This document shows, piece by piece, positions 30,994 to 40,676 of a DNA stretch of 64,000 nucleotides. Below the pieces are notes generated by a model. That model searched no databases, was not told the DNA's origin, and saw only the letters and a list, made by a program, of their open reading frames with translations. The stretch is taken from the NCBI GenBank assembly GCA_963708075.1, contig OY970194.1, forward strand, positions 6,816,001-6,880,000. Direction: 5' to 3'. This stretch comes from Sedimentisphaerales bacterium. Its GTDB lineage: Bacteria > Planctomycetota > Phycisphaerae > Sedimentisphaerales > Anaerobacaceae. Numbering within the stretch: the stretch's first letter is position 1; each line of letters opens with the position of its first letter. The position numbers were made by a program, and so were the translations under genes.

Positions 30994-32382
30994 ATGACAG
31001 GTATCAAAACGTGGCGGACTTCATGCCTGCTTTGCGTTGTCGCGGCGATAGTCACTGTGGGCGTCATGCCTCGCCCCGCGCGGGCTGCCGGCGCGATGTC
31101 ACAAGACGAGAAGATGAAGTGGTTCCGCGAGGCAAAATTCGGCCTGTTCATCCATTGGGGACTGTACGCCGTGCCCGCCGGGACGTGGAAGGGACAGCAA
31201 ATCCCGGGCATCGGCGAGTGGATTATGAACCGGGCGAAAATCCCGGTGAAGGAGTATGAGCAACTGGCCGGCCAGTTCAACCCGGTGAAGTTCAATGCCG
31301 AGGAATGGGTGCAACTCGCCGAGGATGCGGGGATGAAGTACATCGTCATCACCAGCAAGCACCACGACGGCTTTGCCATGTATGGCTCGAAGGTCACCAG
31401 GTACAACATCGTGGACGCCACGCCGTTCAAACGCGACCCGCTGAAGGAATTGGCGGCAGCCTGCGCCAAGCATAACATCCGCTTCGGATTCTACTACTCC
31501 CAGGCACAGGACTGGCATGAGCCCGGCGGCGCGGGCAACACGTGGGACTTCCCGCCGGATGCTGAAAAGGACAAGAGCGGCGCTTACGATCAGTACCTGC
31601 GTGACAAGGCCGAGCCGCAGGTGAAAGAGTTGTTGACAGGCTACGGCCCCGTCTGCCTGATCTGGTTCGACACGCCCCGCATGATGACCGCAGAGCGAGG
31701 TCAGCGATTCGTCGATATCGTTCACACGCTGCAGCCCGCCTGCCTGATCGACGGGCGGCTCGGCTCGGCCGGTGACTACCGTTCCATGGGCGACAACCGC
31801 ATCCCCAATGAAGTAGTGCGCGAGGACTGGGAAGTGCCCGCGACGCTCAACAACACCTGGGGCTACAAGAGCTACGACAACAACTGGAAGACGCCCGAGG
31901 ACCTGACGTTCAAGCTGGTGGACATCGTCAGCAAGGGCGGCAACTACCTCCTGAACGTCGGCCCAACCGCCGAGGGCGTGATTCCGCAGCCCAGCCAGGA
32001 CAATCTGCGGGCCGTGGGACGTTGGCTCAAGGTCAACGGCGAGTCCATCTACGGCGCCGGCACGACCCCGTTCGGCGAAGAGCTGGGCACGCCGGACCCC
32101 GGACGCAAAGACAGCAAGGGCAATCCGGCTTTCAACGCCAGGACGGATTGGCGTTGCACGACCAAACCGGGCAAGCTGTACATCCACCTGTTCAAATGGC
32201 CCGCCGGCTCGTTCGAACTTCCAGCGATCAAGGATAAAGTGACAAAGGCGTACCTGCTGGCCGACCCGCAGAAGCAGGCCCTGACGGTCAAGCAGGATGG
32301 TCAGAAGTGGTCGATCTCCCTGCCGGCAACTGCCCCGGACAAGATGGATTCCGTGCTGGTGCTTGAGACTGCGGCCAAGTGA
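30994..32382 (+). CDS. GH29 alpha-L-fucosidase
   Basis: WFREAKFGLFIHWG, TSKHHDGF, IWFD, SKGGNYLLNVGP. Confidence 0.93.
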   Translation: MTGIKTWRTSCLLCVVAAIVTVGVMPRPARAAGAMSQDEKMKWFREAKFGLFIHWGLYAVPAGTWKGQQIPGIGEWIMNRAKIPVKEYEQLAGQFNPVKFNAEEWVQLAEDAGMKYIVITSKHHDGFAMYGSKVTRYNIVDATPFKRDPLKELAAACAKHNIRFGFYYSQAQDWHEPGGAGNTWDFPPDAEKDKSGAYDQYLRDKAEPQVKELLTGYGPVCLIWFDTPRMMTAERGQRFVDIVHTLQPACLIDGRLGSAGDYRSMGDNRIPNEVVREDWEVPATLNNTWGYKSYDNNWKTPEDLTFKLVDIVSKGGNYLLNVGPTAEGVIPQPSQDNLRAVGRWLKVNGESIYGAGTTPFGEELGTPDPGRKDSKGNPAFNARTDWRCTTKPGKLYIHLFKWPAGSFELPAIKDKVTKAYLLADPQKQALTVKQDGQKWSISLPATAPDKMDSVLVLETAAK

Positions 32383-32423
32383 CGTCGATGGAGAGTAGTG
32401 TTTCGTAACAGACTGGATACGTC

Positions 32424-32512
32424 CGGGTGGCAGCGTCAAGGCCGAAGGCCTTGGCGATGGTCAACGCTTCGACAGGTCACCATCGCCAAGCTGCGCTTGA
32501 CGCTGCCACCCG
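32424..32512. repeat. REP-like palindromic element (family A)
   Basis: CGGGTGGCAGCGTCAAG...CTTGGCGATGG / CCATCGCCAAG...CTTGACGCTGCCACCCG; inverted second copy at 60310-60398. Confidence 0.85.
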
Positions 32513-32544
32513 ACACTCAATGTGAGTTCTTGTGAGGGCTTGAC

Positions 32545-34155
32545 ATGAGATGCTATAGGGTGCCCGAGACGATTTGTCTCCTTTGTGTGGTGGCATATGT
32601 TATCGCAGTTGATGCGGCCGCTCTTGGCGGGACAGCGCCGGAGTCGAACGCCCCGAGGGCGGAGATTCGCACGCCCAGGGCACCGGAGACTCCGCGCATC
32701 AACGGCCCGTCGGTCTTTGGCGTGCGCCCGGGCAATCCCTTCCTTTACCAAATTCCCGCCACGGGTGCCCGGCCCATGGAGTTCTCCGTCGAGTCTCTGC
32801 CCGCAGGTCTTCAGGTGGACGCCAGGACGGGGCGAATCACCGGCTCGTTGAAGCAAGCCGGGGAGCACCTCGTCACATTGCGAGCCAAGAACACTCTGGG
32901 GACTAGTGAGAAGAAGTTCAAAATCGTCGTCGGCGAGACCATCGCCCTGACGCCTCCGATGGGTTGGAACAGTTGGAACGCCTATCACGGGAGCGTCACG
33001 GGCGAGAACGTCATTCATGCTGCCCGTGCCATGGCGTCCAGCGGCCTCGCCAATCACGGCTGGACCTACATCAACATCGACGACGCCTGGCAGAAAGAGC
33101 GAGGCGGGCCGTTCAAGGGCATCCAGCCCAACGAGAAGTTCCCCGATTTCCAGAAGATGTGCGATGAGATCCATGCCCTGGGTCTCAAGGTCGGCATCTA
33201 CTCCACCCCGTGGACGACCTCCTACGCCCGCTACATCGGCGGCAGCTCGGACGATCCGAACGGTGCCTGGTCAAAGGGAGGCGGCAGGAGAAGCGGCAAG
33301 GTCTCCTTCGCCGAGGCCGACGCCAGGCAGTGGGCGGCGTGGGGCATCGATTATCTCAAGTACGACTGGAATCCCAACCAGACCACGCCGCGTGAGACCA
33401 GCGAGATGTTCCACCAGGACACCGACACGATGCGCACGGCACTACGCAACTGCGGCCGTGACATCGTCTTCAGCTACTCCAACAGCATGCGCTTTGACGA
33501 CATTGCCGACCAGTCCAAGATGCTCAACTGCTGGCGCACCACGGGCGACATCGGCGACAGTTGGCAGAGCATGGCCACCAAAGCCTTCTACATCAACATC
33601 CCCCGCGGCCAGACCGATCCGCAAGGCCCGCCCAGTGACAAATGGGCTCCTTACGCGGGCCCCGGCCATTGGAACGATCCGGATATGATGGTCCTGGGCG
33701 TGGTCAACTTCGGAGGCAAACAACACCCGACCCGCCTCACGCCCGACGAGCAATACCTGCACATGACCCAGTGGTGCATGGCCTGTTCGCCTCTGCTGCT
33801 GGGCTGCGATCTCGATAAGCTCGATGAATTCACCCTGAACCTCATCACCAACGACGAGGTACTCGCAGTGAACCAGGACACGCTCGGCAAGCAGGCGACG
33901 CTGGTCTCCAACGAGAACAACGTCCTGCTGGTCTATGCAAGGGACCTCGAAGACGGCACCAAAGCCGTGGCCCTCTACAACCTGAGCAAGGAGCCGGCGA
34001 CAGTGACCGCCAAATGGTCCGATTTGAAGATCTCAGGCCGGCAGAAGGTCCGCGACCTGTGGCGGCAGAAGGACCTGGGCCAGTTCTCCGATCAATTCCA
34101 GATGCCCGTGGCTGCTCATGGAGCGGAACTGGTGAAGATTCGCGCAGCCCGCTAA
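32545..34155 (+). CDS. GH27 alpha-galactosidase with N-terminal Ig-like domain
   Basis: TPPMGWNSWN, YINIDDAWQ, DYLKYDW, WRTTGDI, GHWNDPDM, VRDLW. Confidence 0.93.
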   Translation: MRCYRVPETICLLCVVAYVIAVDAAALGGTAPESNAPRAEIRTPRAPETPRINGPSVFGVRPGNPFLYQIPATGARPMEFSVESLPAGLQVDARTGRITGSLKQAGEHLVTLRAKNTLGTSEKKFKIVVGETIALTPPMGWNSWNAYHGSVTGENVIHAARAMASSGLANHGWTYINIDDAWQKERGGPFKGIQPNEKFPDFQKMCDEIHALGLKVGIYSTPWTTSYARYIGGSSDDPNGAWSKGGGRRSGKVSFAEADARQWAAWGIDYLKYDWNPNQTTPRETSEMFHQDTDTMRTALRNCGRDIVFSYSNSMRFDDIADQSKMLNCWRTTGDIGDSWQSMATKAFYINIPRGQTDPQGPPSDKWAPYAGPGHWNDPDMMVLGVVNFGGKQHPTRLTPDEQYLHMTQWCMACSPLLLGCDLDKLDEFTLNLITNDEVLAVNQDTLGKQATLVSNENNVLLVYARDLEDGTKAVALYNLSKEPATVTAKWSDLKISGRQKVRDLWRQKDLGQFSDQFQMPVAAHGAELVKIRAAR

Positions 34156-34195
34156 TCAACCGGCACATGGCGGACGGTTGGAGAAGGGAAATACT

Positions 34196-37051
34196 GTGAA
34201 GTCAATGACTGCAATCAAGATGTGTGAAGCCTCCATTTGGGTGTTGCTCATGCTCGGCGTTTCGGTATGGGCGGCCACAGGGGCCAACAGCGAATGGGTA
34301 TACGCGGGCGCCGATAGCAAACTCGTCTATAAGACGACGCCTGCCGGCGACAGGATCATGGACTTTTCCCACGCCGGCTACATGGGTGGGGGCGTGGCGT
34401 TGCCGCAGGTCCCGGTCAAGATCACCGTGCAGCCGGTGGAGGGGGACAACACGGCCGTCATCCAGGAGGCCATCGATAAAGTCTCGGCGATGAGTCCGGA
34501 GGGTGGCTTTCGCGGCGCTGTCCTGCTGGCCCCGGGCGACTATACATGCTCGGGAACGATCTCCATTCGCACCAGCGGCGTCGTACTTCGCGGCAGTGGC
34601 AGCGGAACGAACGGATCGACCATCAAAATGGTCGGCGGCCGGCACGTGGCCATCACCGTCAGCAGATCGAGGAGCCGAGGGCGGGCCCCCGATGCCGGGC
34701 AGGAATCCAGTGCGGTCAAGACATCGATCTCCGATGCGTACGTGCCTTCGGGGGCGACTTCCTTCACCGTGGCCGATGCTTCAGGATTCGCCGTCGGCGA
34801 CACAATCGAAATCCGTCGGCCCGTCACACAGGCTTGGGTCAAGTTCATGCAGATGGACAACCTGGTTCGTGACGGCCGGCCTCAGACCTGGATTCGCGCG
34901 GGAACCGATATCACCACCCAGCGCAGGATTGCAGCAATTTCGGGCAACAGGGTCATGCTGGATGTCCCGCTCTCCGATTCCTTTGACGCCAGGTACCTGA
35001 ATCCGCCGGGGACTACTGTCATCAAAGTGACGCCCGGGGCGCTGCTCACGCAGGTCGGCGTGGAACACCTCCATGTCCAAGCGCCCCCGCAGCACATGAG
35101 CTATTCTCAAGCCCCTTACTCCGCGATGCGGGTCAGCGGCGAAGATTGCTGGGCCAGGGATGTCGTGATCGAGGAGACGATGAACAGCGTCAGCGTCGGC
35201 GGCCGGCGCATCACGCTGGAGCGGGTGGCGATCCATCGGACCGTCCCTAACGTGGGAGCATCCAAGCCGGCGGAATTCGCCCCGAATGCCGGCCAGGTCC
35301 TGCTGGACCGCTGCTCGGGCAACGGCGATAACATCTGGCACGTGGCGACCGGCGGCCGTCAGGCCGGCCCGATCGTGCTGCTCAACTGCACTTTCCGAGG
35401 CGCCGGCCACATCGAGGGCCATCAGCGATGGACCACAGGGATGCTCCTCGACAATTGCCAGGTCCCCGAGGGCGGCATCGACTTCAAGAATCGCGGCTCA
35501 ATGGGCTCGGGCCACGGCTGGGGAGTCGCGTGGGCGGTGGCCTGGAACTGCGAGGCCAAGACCTACGTGGTCCAACAGCCGCCCGGAGCGTTCAACTGGA
35601 TGATCGGCTGCAAGGGAGAGAATGTTCCGACGCCCCGACCGTTCGACTCCTCTCCGGCCCTGCCGCTGGGCATTTCCGATTCACCCGGAAAGCCAGTCAT
35701 CCCTCAGAGCCTCTACCTGGCCCAGTTAGCCGAGCGCCTGGGGCCGCAGGCCGTCAGGAACATCGGGTATTCGGCAGGCGAGGGCTCGCAGCCTGCGTCT
35801 GGAGGGCAGAGTCAAGGTGGCGGCGCCGTTACCAATCCACCAGTAGTTACGGATGCGGCGGCCGCTTCGGCTGTGCCGGATGCGCATTTGGATTATGTGC
35901 CGGGCAAGGCTCCGACGTTCTGGTCTGTCGCGACGGCTGAGACGATCATGGCCCGCTGGCCGGACTACAACCGGGCCTATCACGCCTCGTGGACCTACGT
36001 TCATGGCTACGCGCTCTACGGCTTCGAGATGCTCTATCGTGCCACGGGCGACAAGCGATACTATGATTTCATCAAGCGTTACATCGATAAGCACATCGAT
36101 GAAAACGGTGACTTCCGCGTCGTCGTGGACGGCCGGGATCGCGAACGTGCAACCAGCTTCGGCAACCAGGACAACATGATGACAGGCAATACCCTGGTCA
36201 TGCTCTACGAGTACACCAAGGACGAGCGCTACAAGAAGGCCGCCACCACTATCCGCCGCGCCCTGGACGGCTACCCCCGCAACAACAACGGAGGTCTGTG
36301 GCACTCGCGTGGCATGAACGGCCAATGGTGGATCGATGGCATCTTCATGAGCCAGATGTTCCTGACACGCTACGGCAAATCCATCGGCGATACGCAGTAC
36401 TGCTGGGATGAGGCTACCCTTCAGCTTGGCGCGTATGCCCGCAGTGCTCAGCGCGACAATACGGGGCTCTACGTGCACGGTATCTATGAGGCGGGCCACG
36501 GCGGCAAGCCGGCGAGATGGGCCGACCCGAATGGCGGTCTCTCGCCGGAAGTCTGGAGCGAAGGACTGGGCTGGTATGCTCTGGTTCTGGTCGAGACGCT
36601 GGCGGATCTGCCCAGGGACCACACCAAGCGCGACGAGATGGAAGACATCTTCCGTCGCTTGGCCGCGGGGCTCAAACGGACGCAGGACACGAAGAGCTGC
36701 CGATGGTTCCAGGTCGTGGACAAGGGCGACCGGCCGGACAACTGGACCGACACCTCCGGCAGCGCAATGTTCACCTACACGATCCAAAAGGGAATCGAAA
36801 TCGGTCTGCTCGACAAGGCCACGTACGCTCCAGCCGTCGAGCAGGGGTACAAAGGGATCACTGAAAACGCCAAGATCAACGACAAAGGCCTTGTCGATAT
36901 CTACAGCGCCTGCGATGGTCTCGGCGTCCAGGCGAGTTACGACCGCTACATCAACTACAAGCAGTCGATCAACGCCAAGGAGGCGGTCGCGGGATTCCTC
37001 TGGGCCACGACGATCGTGGAAAGGCCCGAATTGGAGAAGCTCAAGAAATGA
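34196..37051 (+). CDS. Fusion of pectate-lyase-like beta-helix domain and GH105/GH88-family unsaturated glycuronyl hydrolase
   Basis: N-half DFSHAGY.GGG..P, IQEAID, GVVLRGSG, HQRWTTGML.DN, PQSLYLAQL; Gly/Ser/Ala linker; C-half WTYVHG, WIDGIFM, WSEGLGW, WFQVVDKG, DTSGSAMF. Confidence 0.8.
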   Translation: MKSMTAIKMCEASIWVLLMLGVSVWAATGANSEWVYAGADSKLVYKTTPAGDRIMDFSHAGYMGGGVALPQVPVKITVQPVEGDNTAVIQEAIDKVSAMSPEGGFRGAVLLAPGDYTCSGTISIRTSGVVLRGSGSGTNGSTIKMVGGRHVAITVSRSRSRGRAPDAGQESSAVKTSISDAYVPSGATSFTVADASGFAVGDTIEIRRPVTQAWVKFMQMDNLVRDGRPQTWIRAGTDITTQRRIAAISGNRVMLDVPLSDSFDARYLNPPGTTVIKVTPGALLTQVGVEHLHVQAPPQHMSYSQAPYSAMRVSGEDCWARDVVIEETMNSVSVGGRRITLERVAIHRTVPNVGASKPAEFAPNAGQVLLDRCSGNGDNIWHVATGGRQAGPIVLLNCTFRGAGHIEGHQRWTTGMLLDNCQVPEGGIDFKNRGSMGSGHGWGVAWAVAWNCEAKTYVVQQPPGAFNWMIGCKGENVPTPRPFDSSPALPLGISDSPGKPVIPQSLYLAQLAERLGPQAVRNIGYSAGEGSQPASGGQSQGGGAVTNPPVVTDAAAASAVPDAHLDYVPGKAPTFWSVATAETIMARWPDYNRAYHASWTYVHGYALYGFEMLYRATGDKRYYDFIKRYIDKHIDENGDFRVVVDGRDRERATSFGNQDNMMTGNTLVMLYEYTKDERYKKAATTIRRALDGYPRNNNGGLWHSRGMNGQWWIDGIFMSQMFLTRYGKSIGDTQYCWDEATLQLGAYARSAQRDNTGLYVHGIYEAGHGGKPARWADPNGGLSPEVWSEGLGWYALVLVETLADLPRDHTKRDEMEDIFRRLAAGLKRTQDTKSCRWFQVVDKGDRPDNWTDTSGSAMFTYTIQKGIEIGLLDKATYAPAVEQGYKGITENAKINDKGLVDIYSACDGLGVQASYDRYINYKQSINAKEAVAGFLWATTIVERPELEKLKK

Positions 37052-37089
37052 TGTCTGAACGCGATGGGAATGAAGAAGGGGCAAACGGA

Positions 37090-38097
37090 ATGATGCGGCG
37101 GAATCGGCTTTGCTGCGGATTGGTTTCTTTGATGCTGATGCCCTCCTTTGCCTTTGCGGGGCAGGCTCGGGATCGGGCGACCTGGATGACAGAGGCACGA
37201 TGGGGCGTGATGACCCACTATCTGGCCGACTGGAAGGCCCGCGAGATGAAGGAGCCGATGACCGTCGAGAAATGGAACGATATGGTGAGCCGTTTCGACG
37301 TGGAGGGACTGGCCGAGCAGCTCAAATCGGTCGGGGCGGGTTACTACCTCGTCACCATCGGCCAGAACTCGGGCTTCTACCTGGCTCCCAATGCCACCTA
37401 TGATCGTCTCGTCGGCATCCAGCCGAGCAGGTGCTCCCGCCGGGACCTGGTGGCGGACCTGTACGAGGCCTTGCACAAGCGGGACATCCGCCTCATGGTG
37501 TATCTGCCGGCGGGCGCCCCGGCCGGTGACGCGACCGCGCGGCAGACGCTCCAGTGGCAGAACGGCGCGCACCGCAACCGCGAGTTCCAGCTCAAATGGG
37601 AGCAGGTCATTCGCGAATGGTCCCTGCGTTGGGGGTCGAAGGTCGCCGGCTGGTGGTTCGACGGGTGCTACTGGCCCAACACAATGTACCGCACGGAGGA
37701 GCCCCCGAATTTCGCCAGCTTCGCCGCCGCGGCGCGGGCGGGCAACCCCGACAGCATCGTCGCCTTCAATCCCGGGGTCGTCGCCCGCATTCTCTCCGTC
37801 ACGCCGCATGAGGACTACACCCCCGGCGAGATCAACGATCCCAATCGCGTGGAGATCCGGCGGGCCGAAAATGGCAGGATCGACGGGACCCAGGTGCATA
37901 TTCTGAGCTACCTCGGCGAGCGGTGGGGCATGGGTGCGCCGCGGTTCCCTGCGGAGCAGGTCGTCAAGTGGAGCCAGGGCATCCGCAAGCAGGGCGGCGC
38001 AATCACCTGGGATGTGCCGATCCAGCCCAACGGCCTGATCGGCCAGCCGTTCATCGATCAGTTGGCCGCCGTGGGCAAGGCCCTTCGTCGCCCGTGA
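37090..38097 (+). CDS. Short GH29-like TIM-barrel glycoside hydrolase (putative fucosidase)
   Basis: Signal peptide; WGVMTHY, FDVEGLAEQL..VGAGY, RDLVADL, GWWFDG, GGAITWD. Confidence 0.65.
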   Translation: MMRRNRLCCGLVSLMLMPSFAFAGQARDRATWMTEARWGVMTHYLADWKAREMKEPMTVEKWNDMVSRFDVEGLAEQLKSVGAGYYLVTIGQNSGFYLAPNATYDRLVGIQPSRCSRRDLVADLYEALHKRDIRLMVYLPAGAPAGDATARQTLQWQNGAHRNREFQLKWEQVIREWSLRWGSKVAGWWFDGCYWPNTMYRTEEPPNFASFAAAARAGNPDSIVAFNPGVVARILSVTPHEDYTPGEINDPNRVEIRRAENGRIDGTQVHILSYLGERWGMGAPRFPAEQVVKWSQGIRKQGGAITWDVPIQPNGLIGQPFIDQLAAVGKALRRP

Positions 38098-38139
38098 CAC
38101 GCGGGAAATCCCCGAAAAAATGGCAGCGGGGGCGAAATT

Positions 38140-38169
38140 GTGGTGGAATTCCGCTACGTCCGGGATATT
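38140..38169 (+). promoter_or_regulatory. Candidate ECF promoter, copy 3
   Basis: GTGGTGGAA-TTCCGCTACGTCCG-GGATATT, about 160 bp upstream of the gene at 38329. Confidence 0.65.
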
Positions 38170-38328
38170 GACCAATTCAGAGGCCCATGAGTGGGCCTTA
38201 CAAAAGGCATGGATTCCCACGGTTGGCTAAGGGATCAAAGGAGGAGTTCTGTGCACTTGTTGTTGGCAGGGCTCGCAGTCGCCAGGTGTCAGTACATCTA
38301 TTCACTCTCGTTGTGAAGGAGGATTGTC

Positions 38329-40449
38329 ATGTGCAAGAAGTTGTTCGTCTTGGCGTTTGTGCTGGGTCTGGTGACAAGTGCTGCCCAGGCGGCGCAGCTC
38401 GACCTCAAGGCTCTGGGGATCAATCCGGATTTCGAGAACTATTCCGCCGTCGGCGACGGGATCACAAAGACGGGTTGGGGCAGTTTCCCCGGCGCGGCGA
38501 ACGGCGTGCTCGCCGATGCTATCCCGATCAATGATGAGTTCTACACGAATCCCAGCACCTATAGCCAAGGCTGGCAGTCCAACGGCACCGCCGGACTCAG
38601 CGGCAAGTATGGCCTGGCGCACCCGCAAAAGAGCGGCCAGAATAATATGTCCCCGCCGTTCAGTGGGGATTTCATTGGCTTTGTCAATCTTGATGATGGC
38701 GACGGGTTCGCCCAGTCGATCCAGTCCGGCATCGTGGGCAACCTCGTCGAGGGGACCTATACCCTGACCGTGGCGGTAGCCGCTCGGCCGTCTACCAGTT
38801 GGAATGACGTGCGGTACGAGATTTCGCTGGTGGCCAATCCGGTGGTTGGGGCCCCGGATAATGCCGGTCCGGCATTGGGCTCGCGGGACGGGACGGTCCT
38901 GGGTGTGCCGGCGACCGTCACGCTGGTGCCCGCCGCGGCGGTCCTGGGCTCCAATAGCCAGGACCTGACGTACGTGCTGATGATCGACCTCAATGATCCC
39001 AACACCGATCCGAACCTTATTGGCGCTCCATTCGCCATTCGCATCGGCGTCTTCAACGCCCAGACTCAAAACGGCGTGGCGGATGACGGGACGAACAACG
39101 GCGCAGCGCCCGCCGGGACCAACTACCGATTCACGCAGGGCAACTTCGACAATGTCCGGCTCAATGTCGTGCAGGTCGTCGATCTCAAGGGCATCAATCC
39201 GGACTTCGAGGATTATTCCGCCGTCGGCGACGGGGTCACAAAGACGGGTTGGGGCAGTTTCCCCGGCGCGGCGAACGGCGTGCTCGCCGACGCTATCCCG
39301 ATCAATGATGAGTTCTACACGAATCCCAGCACCTATAGCCAGGGCTGGCAGTCCAATGGCACCGCCGGACTCAGCGGCAAGTATGGCCTGGCGCACCCGC
39401 AAAAGAGCGGCCAGAATAATATGTCCCCGCCGTTCAGCGGGGACTTCATTGGCTTTGTCAATCTTGATGATAGCGACGGGTTCGCCCAGTCGATCCAATC
39501 GGGCATCGTGGGCAAGCTTGTCGAGGGAACCTATTCCCTGACCGTGGCTGTGGCAGCGCGGCCATCGACCAGTTGGAATGACGTGCGGTACGAGATTTCG
39601 CTGGTGGCCAATCCTGTGCTCGGTGCCCCCGATAACGCGGGTCCGGCCTTGGGTTCTCGGGATGGGACGGTCCTGGGCACGCCGGCTACGGTGACCCTGG
39701 TGCCTGCCGCGGCAGTCCTGGGCTCCAATAGTCAGGATCTGACGTACGTGCTGACGATCGACCTCAATGATCCCAACACCGATCCGAACCTTATTGGCGC
39801 TCCGTTCGCCATTCGCATCGGCGTTTTCAACGCCCAGACTCAAAACGGCGTGGCAGATGACGGGACGAACAACGGCGCAGCGCCCGCCGGGACCAACTAC
39901 CGGTTCGTCCAAGGCAACTTCGACAATGTCCGGCTGACGGTCGAGTCGAAGACGCTGCCTGTGCCTGAGCCGGTGGAAGAGCCGAAGGCCCTGGTCAACG
40001 GGAGCTTTGAAGAGCCTGCGGCGCAGGCCGGTTTTGACAATGTCCCGGGTTGGAGCACAAGTGCTCCGGCCGCCAATTCAGGCATCCAGGTCGATCCGAA
40101 TGCGACCGATGGAGCCCAGACCGCATACCTGGCCGGCGGCGATCCAGCCATCTCGCAGATGTCGAGTCTCGTCGTCGAGGCCGGCCGCGTCCCGGAACTG
40201 AAAGTCGACGCAAGGGCTAAGGCCGGGGCCGCAAGTTTGAAGATGACCCTGTTTGTCGAGGTGCTCGGGATTCGCATGCCCGTAGCGACGCAGGAGGTGG
40301 TCCTCACCGGTTCGATGGCGGAGTATGTGCTGCGGGCCGAGAACACCGCGGCCATAGTCGGTTCCGTCGTAGGCGTCGAGCTGGCCTGCGTGGGCGGCTC
40401 CGATACGTCGGTTGTCGTGGACAATGTGCGTCTGAACCTCGCTGAATGA
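38329..40449 (+). CDS. Secreted protein with a near-identical tandem ~258-aa domain duplication and C-terminal CBM-like domain
   Basis: Strong RBS GAAGGAGG; signal peptide; INPDFE...FDNVRL unit twice; third unit NGSFEEP...VDNVRL. Confidence 0.8.
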   Translation: MCKKLFVLAFVLGLVTSAAQAAQLDLKALGINPDFENYSAVGDGITKTGWGSFPGAANGVLADAIPINDEFYTNPSTYSQGWQSNGTAGLSGKYGLAHPQKSGQNNMSPPFSGDFIGFVNLDDGDGFAQSIQSGIVGNLVEGTYTLTVAVAARPSTSWNDVRYEISLVANPVVGAPDNAGPALGSRDGTVLGVPATVTLVPAAAVLGSNSQDLTYVLMIDLNDPNTDPNLIGAPFAIRIGVFNAQTQNGVADDGTNNGAAPAGTNYRFTQGNFDNVRLNVVQVVDLKGINPDFEDYSAVGDGVTKTGWGSFPGAANGVLADAIPINDEFYTNPSTYSQGWQSNGTAGLSGKYGLAHPQKSGQNNMSPPFSGDFIGFVNLDDSDGFAQSIQSGIVGKLVEGTYSLTVAVAARPSTSWNDVRYEISLVANPVLGAPDNAGPALGSRDGTVLGTPATVTLVPAAAVLGSNSQDLTYVLTIDLNDPNTDPNLIGAPFAIRIGVFNAQTQNGVADDGTNNGAAPAGTNYRFVQGNFDNVRLTVESKTLPVPEPVEEPKALVNGSFEEPAAQAGFDNVPGWSTSAPAANSGIQVDPNATDGAQTAYLAGGDPAISQMSSLVVEAGRVPELKVDARAKAGAASLKMTLFVEVLGIRMPVATQEVVLTGSMAEYVLRAENTAAIVGSVVGVELACVGGSDTSVVVDNVRLNLAE
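38418..39935 (+). repeat. Intragenic direct repeat, 774-bp period
   Basis: ATCAATCCGGA..TCGAG..ATTCCGCCGTCGGCGACGGG recurs 774 bp apart; differences mostly at third codon positions. Confidence 0.9.
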
Positions 40450-40676
40450 CAGGCTGATCGCGGCTGCCCACGGACTACCTTGCGATCTGGGCCGGCCCGG
40501 GATAGAGGTCCGGCCTGACGGCAGTGGTCTGCCCGCCTTGATGTATTCCGGCGGTTGTGTCCAACCAGCTACAATCTCCGCCAAGTCCGAGGGTAGCGCC
40601 GAAGTGCACGTTTCGACATGCCTCAGGCTTCCAGGTGTCAACTCAACCTGTCTGGCCTCGTAAGTCTCGGATTTGA

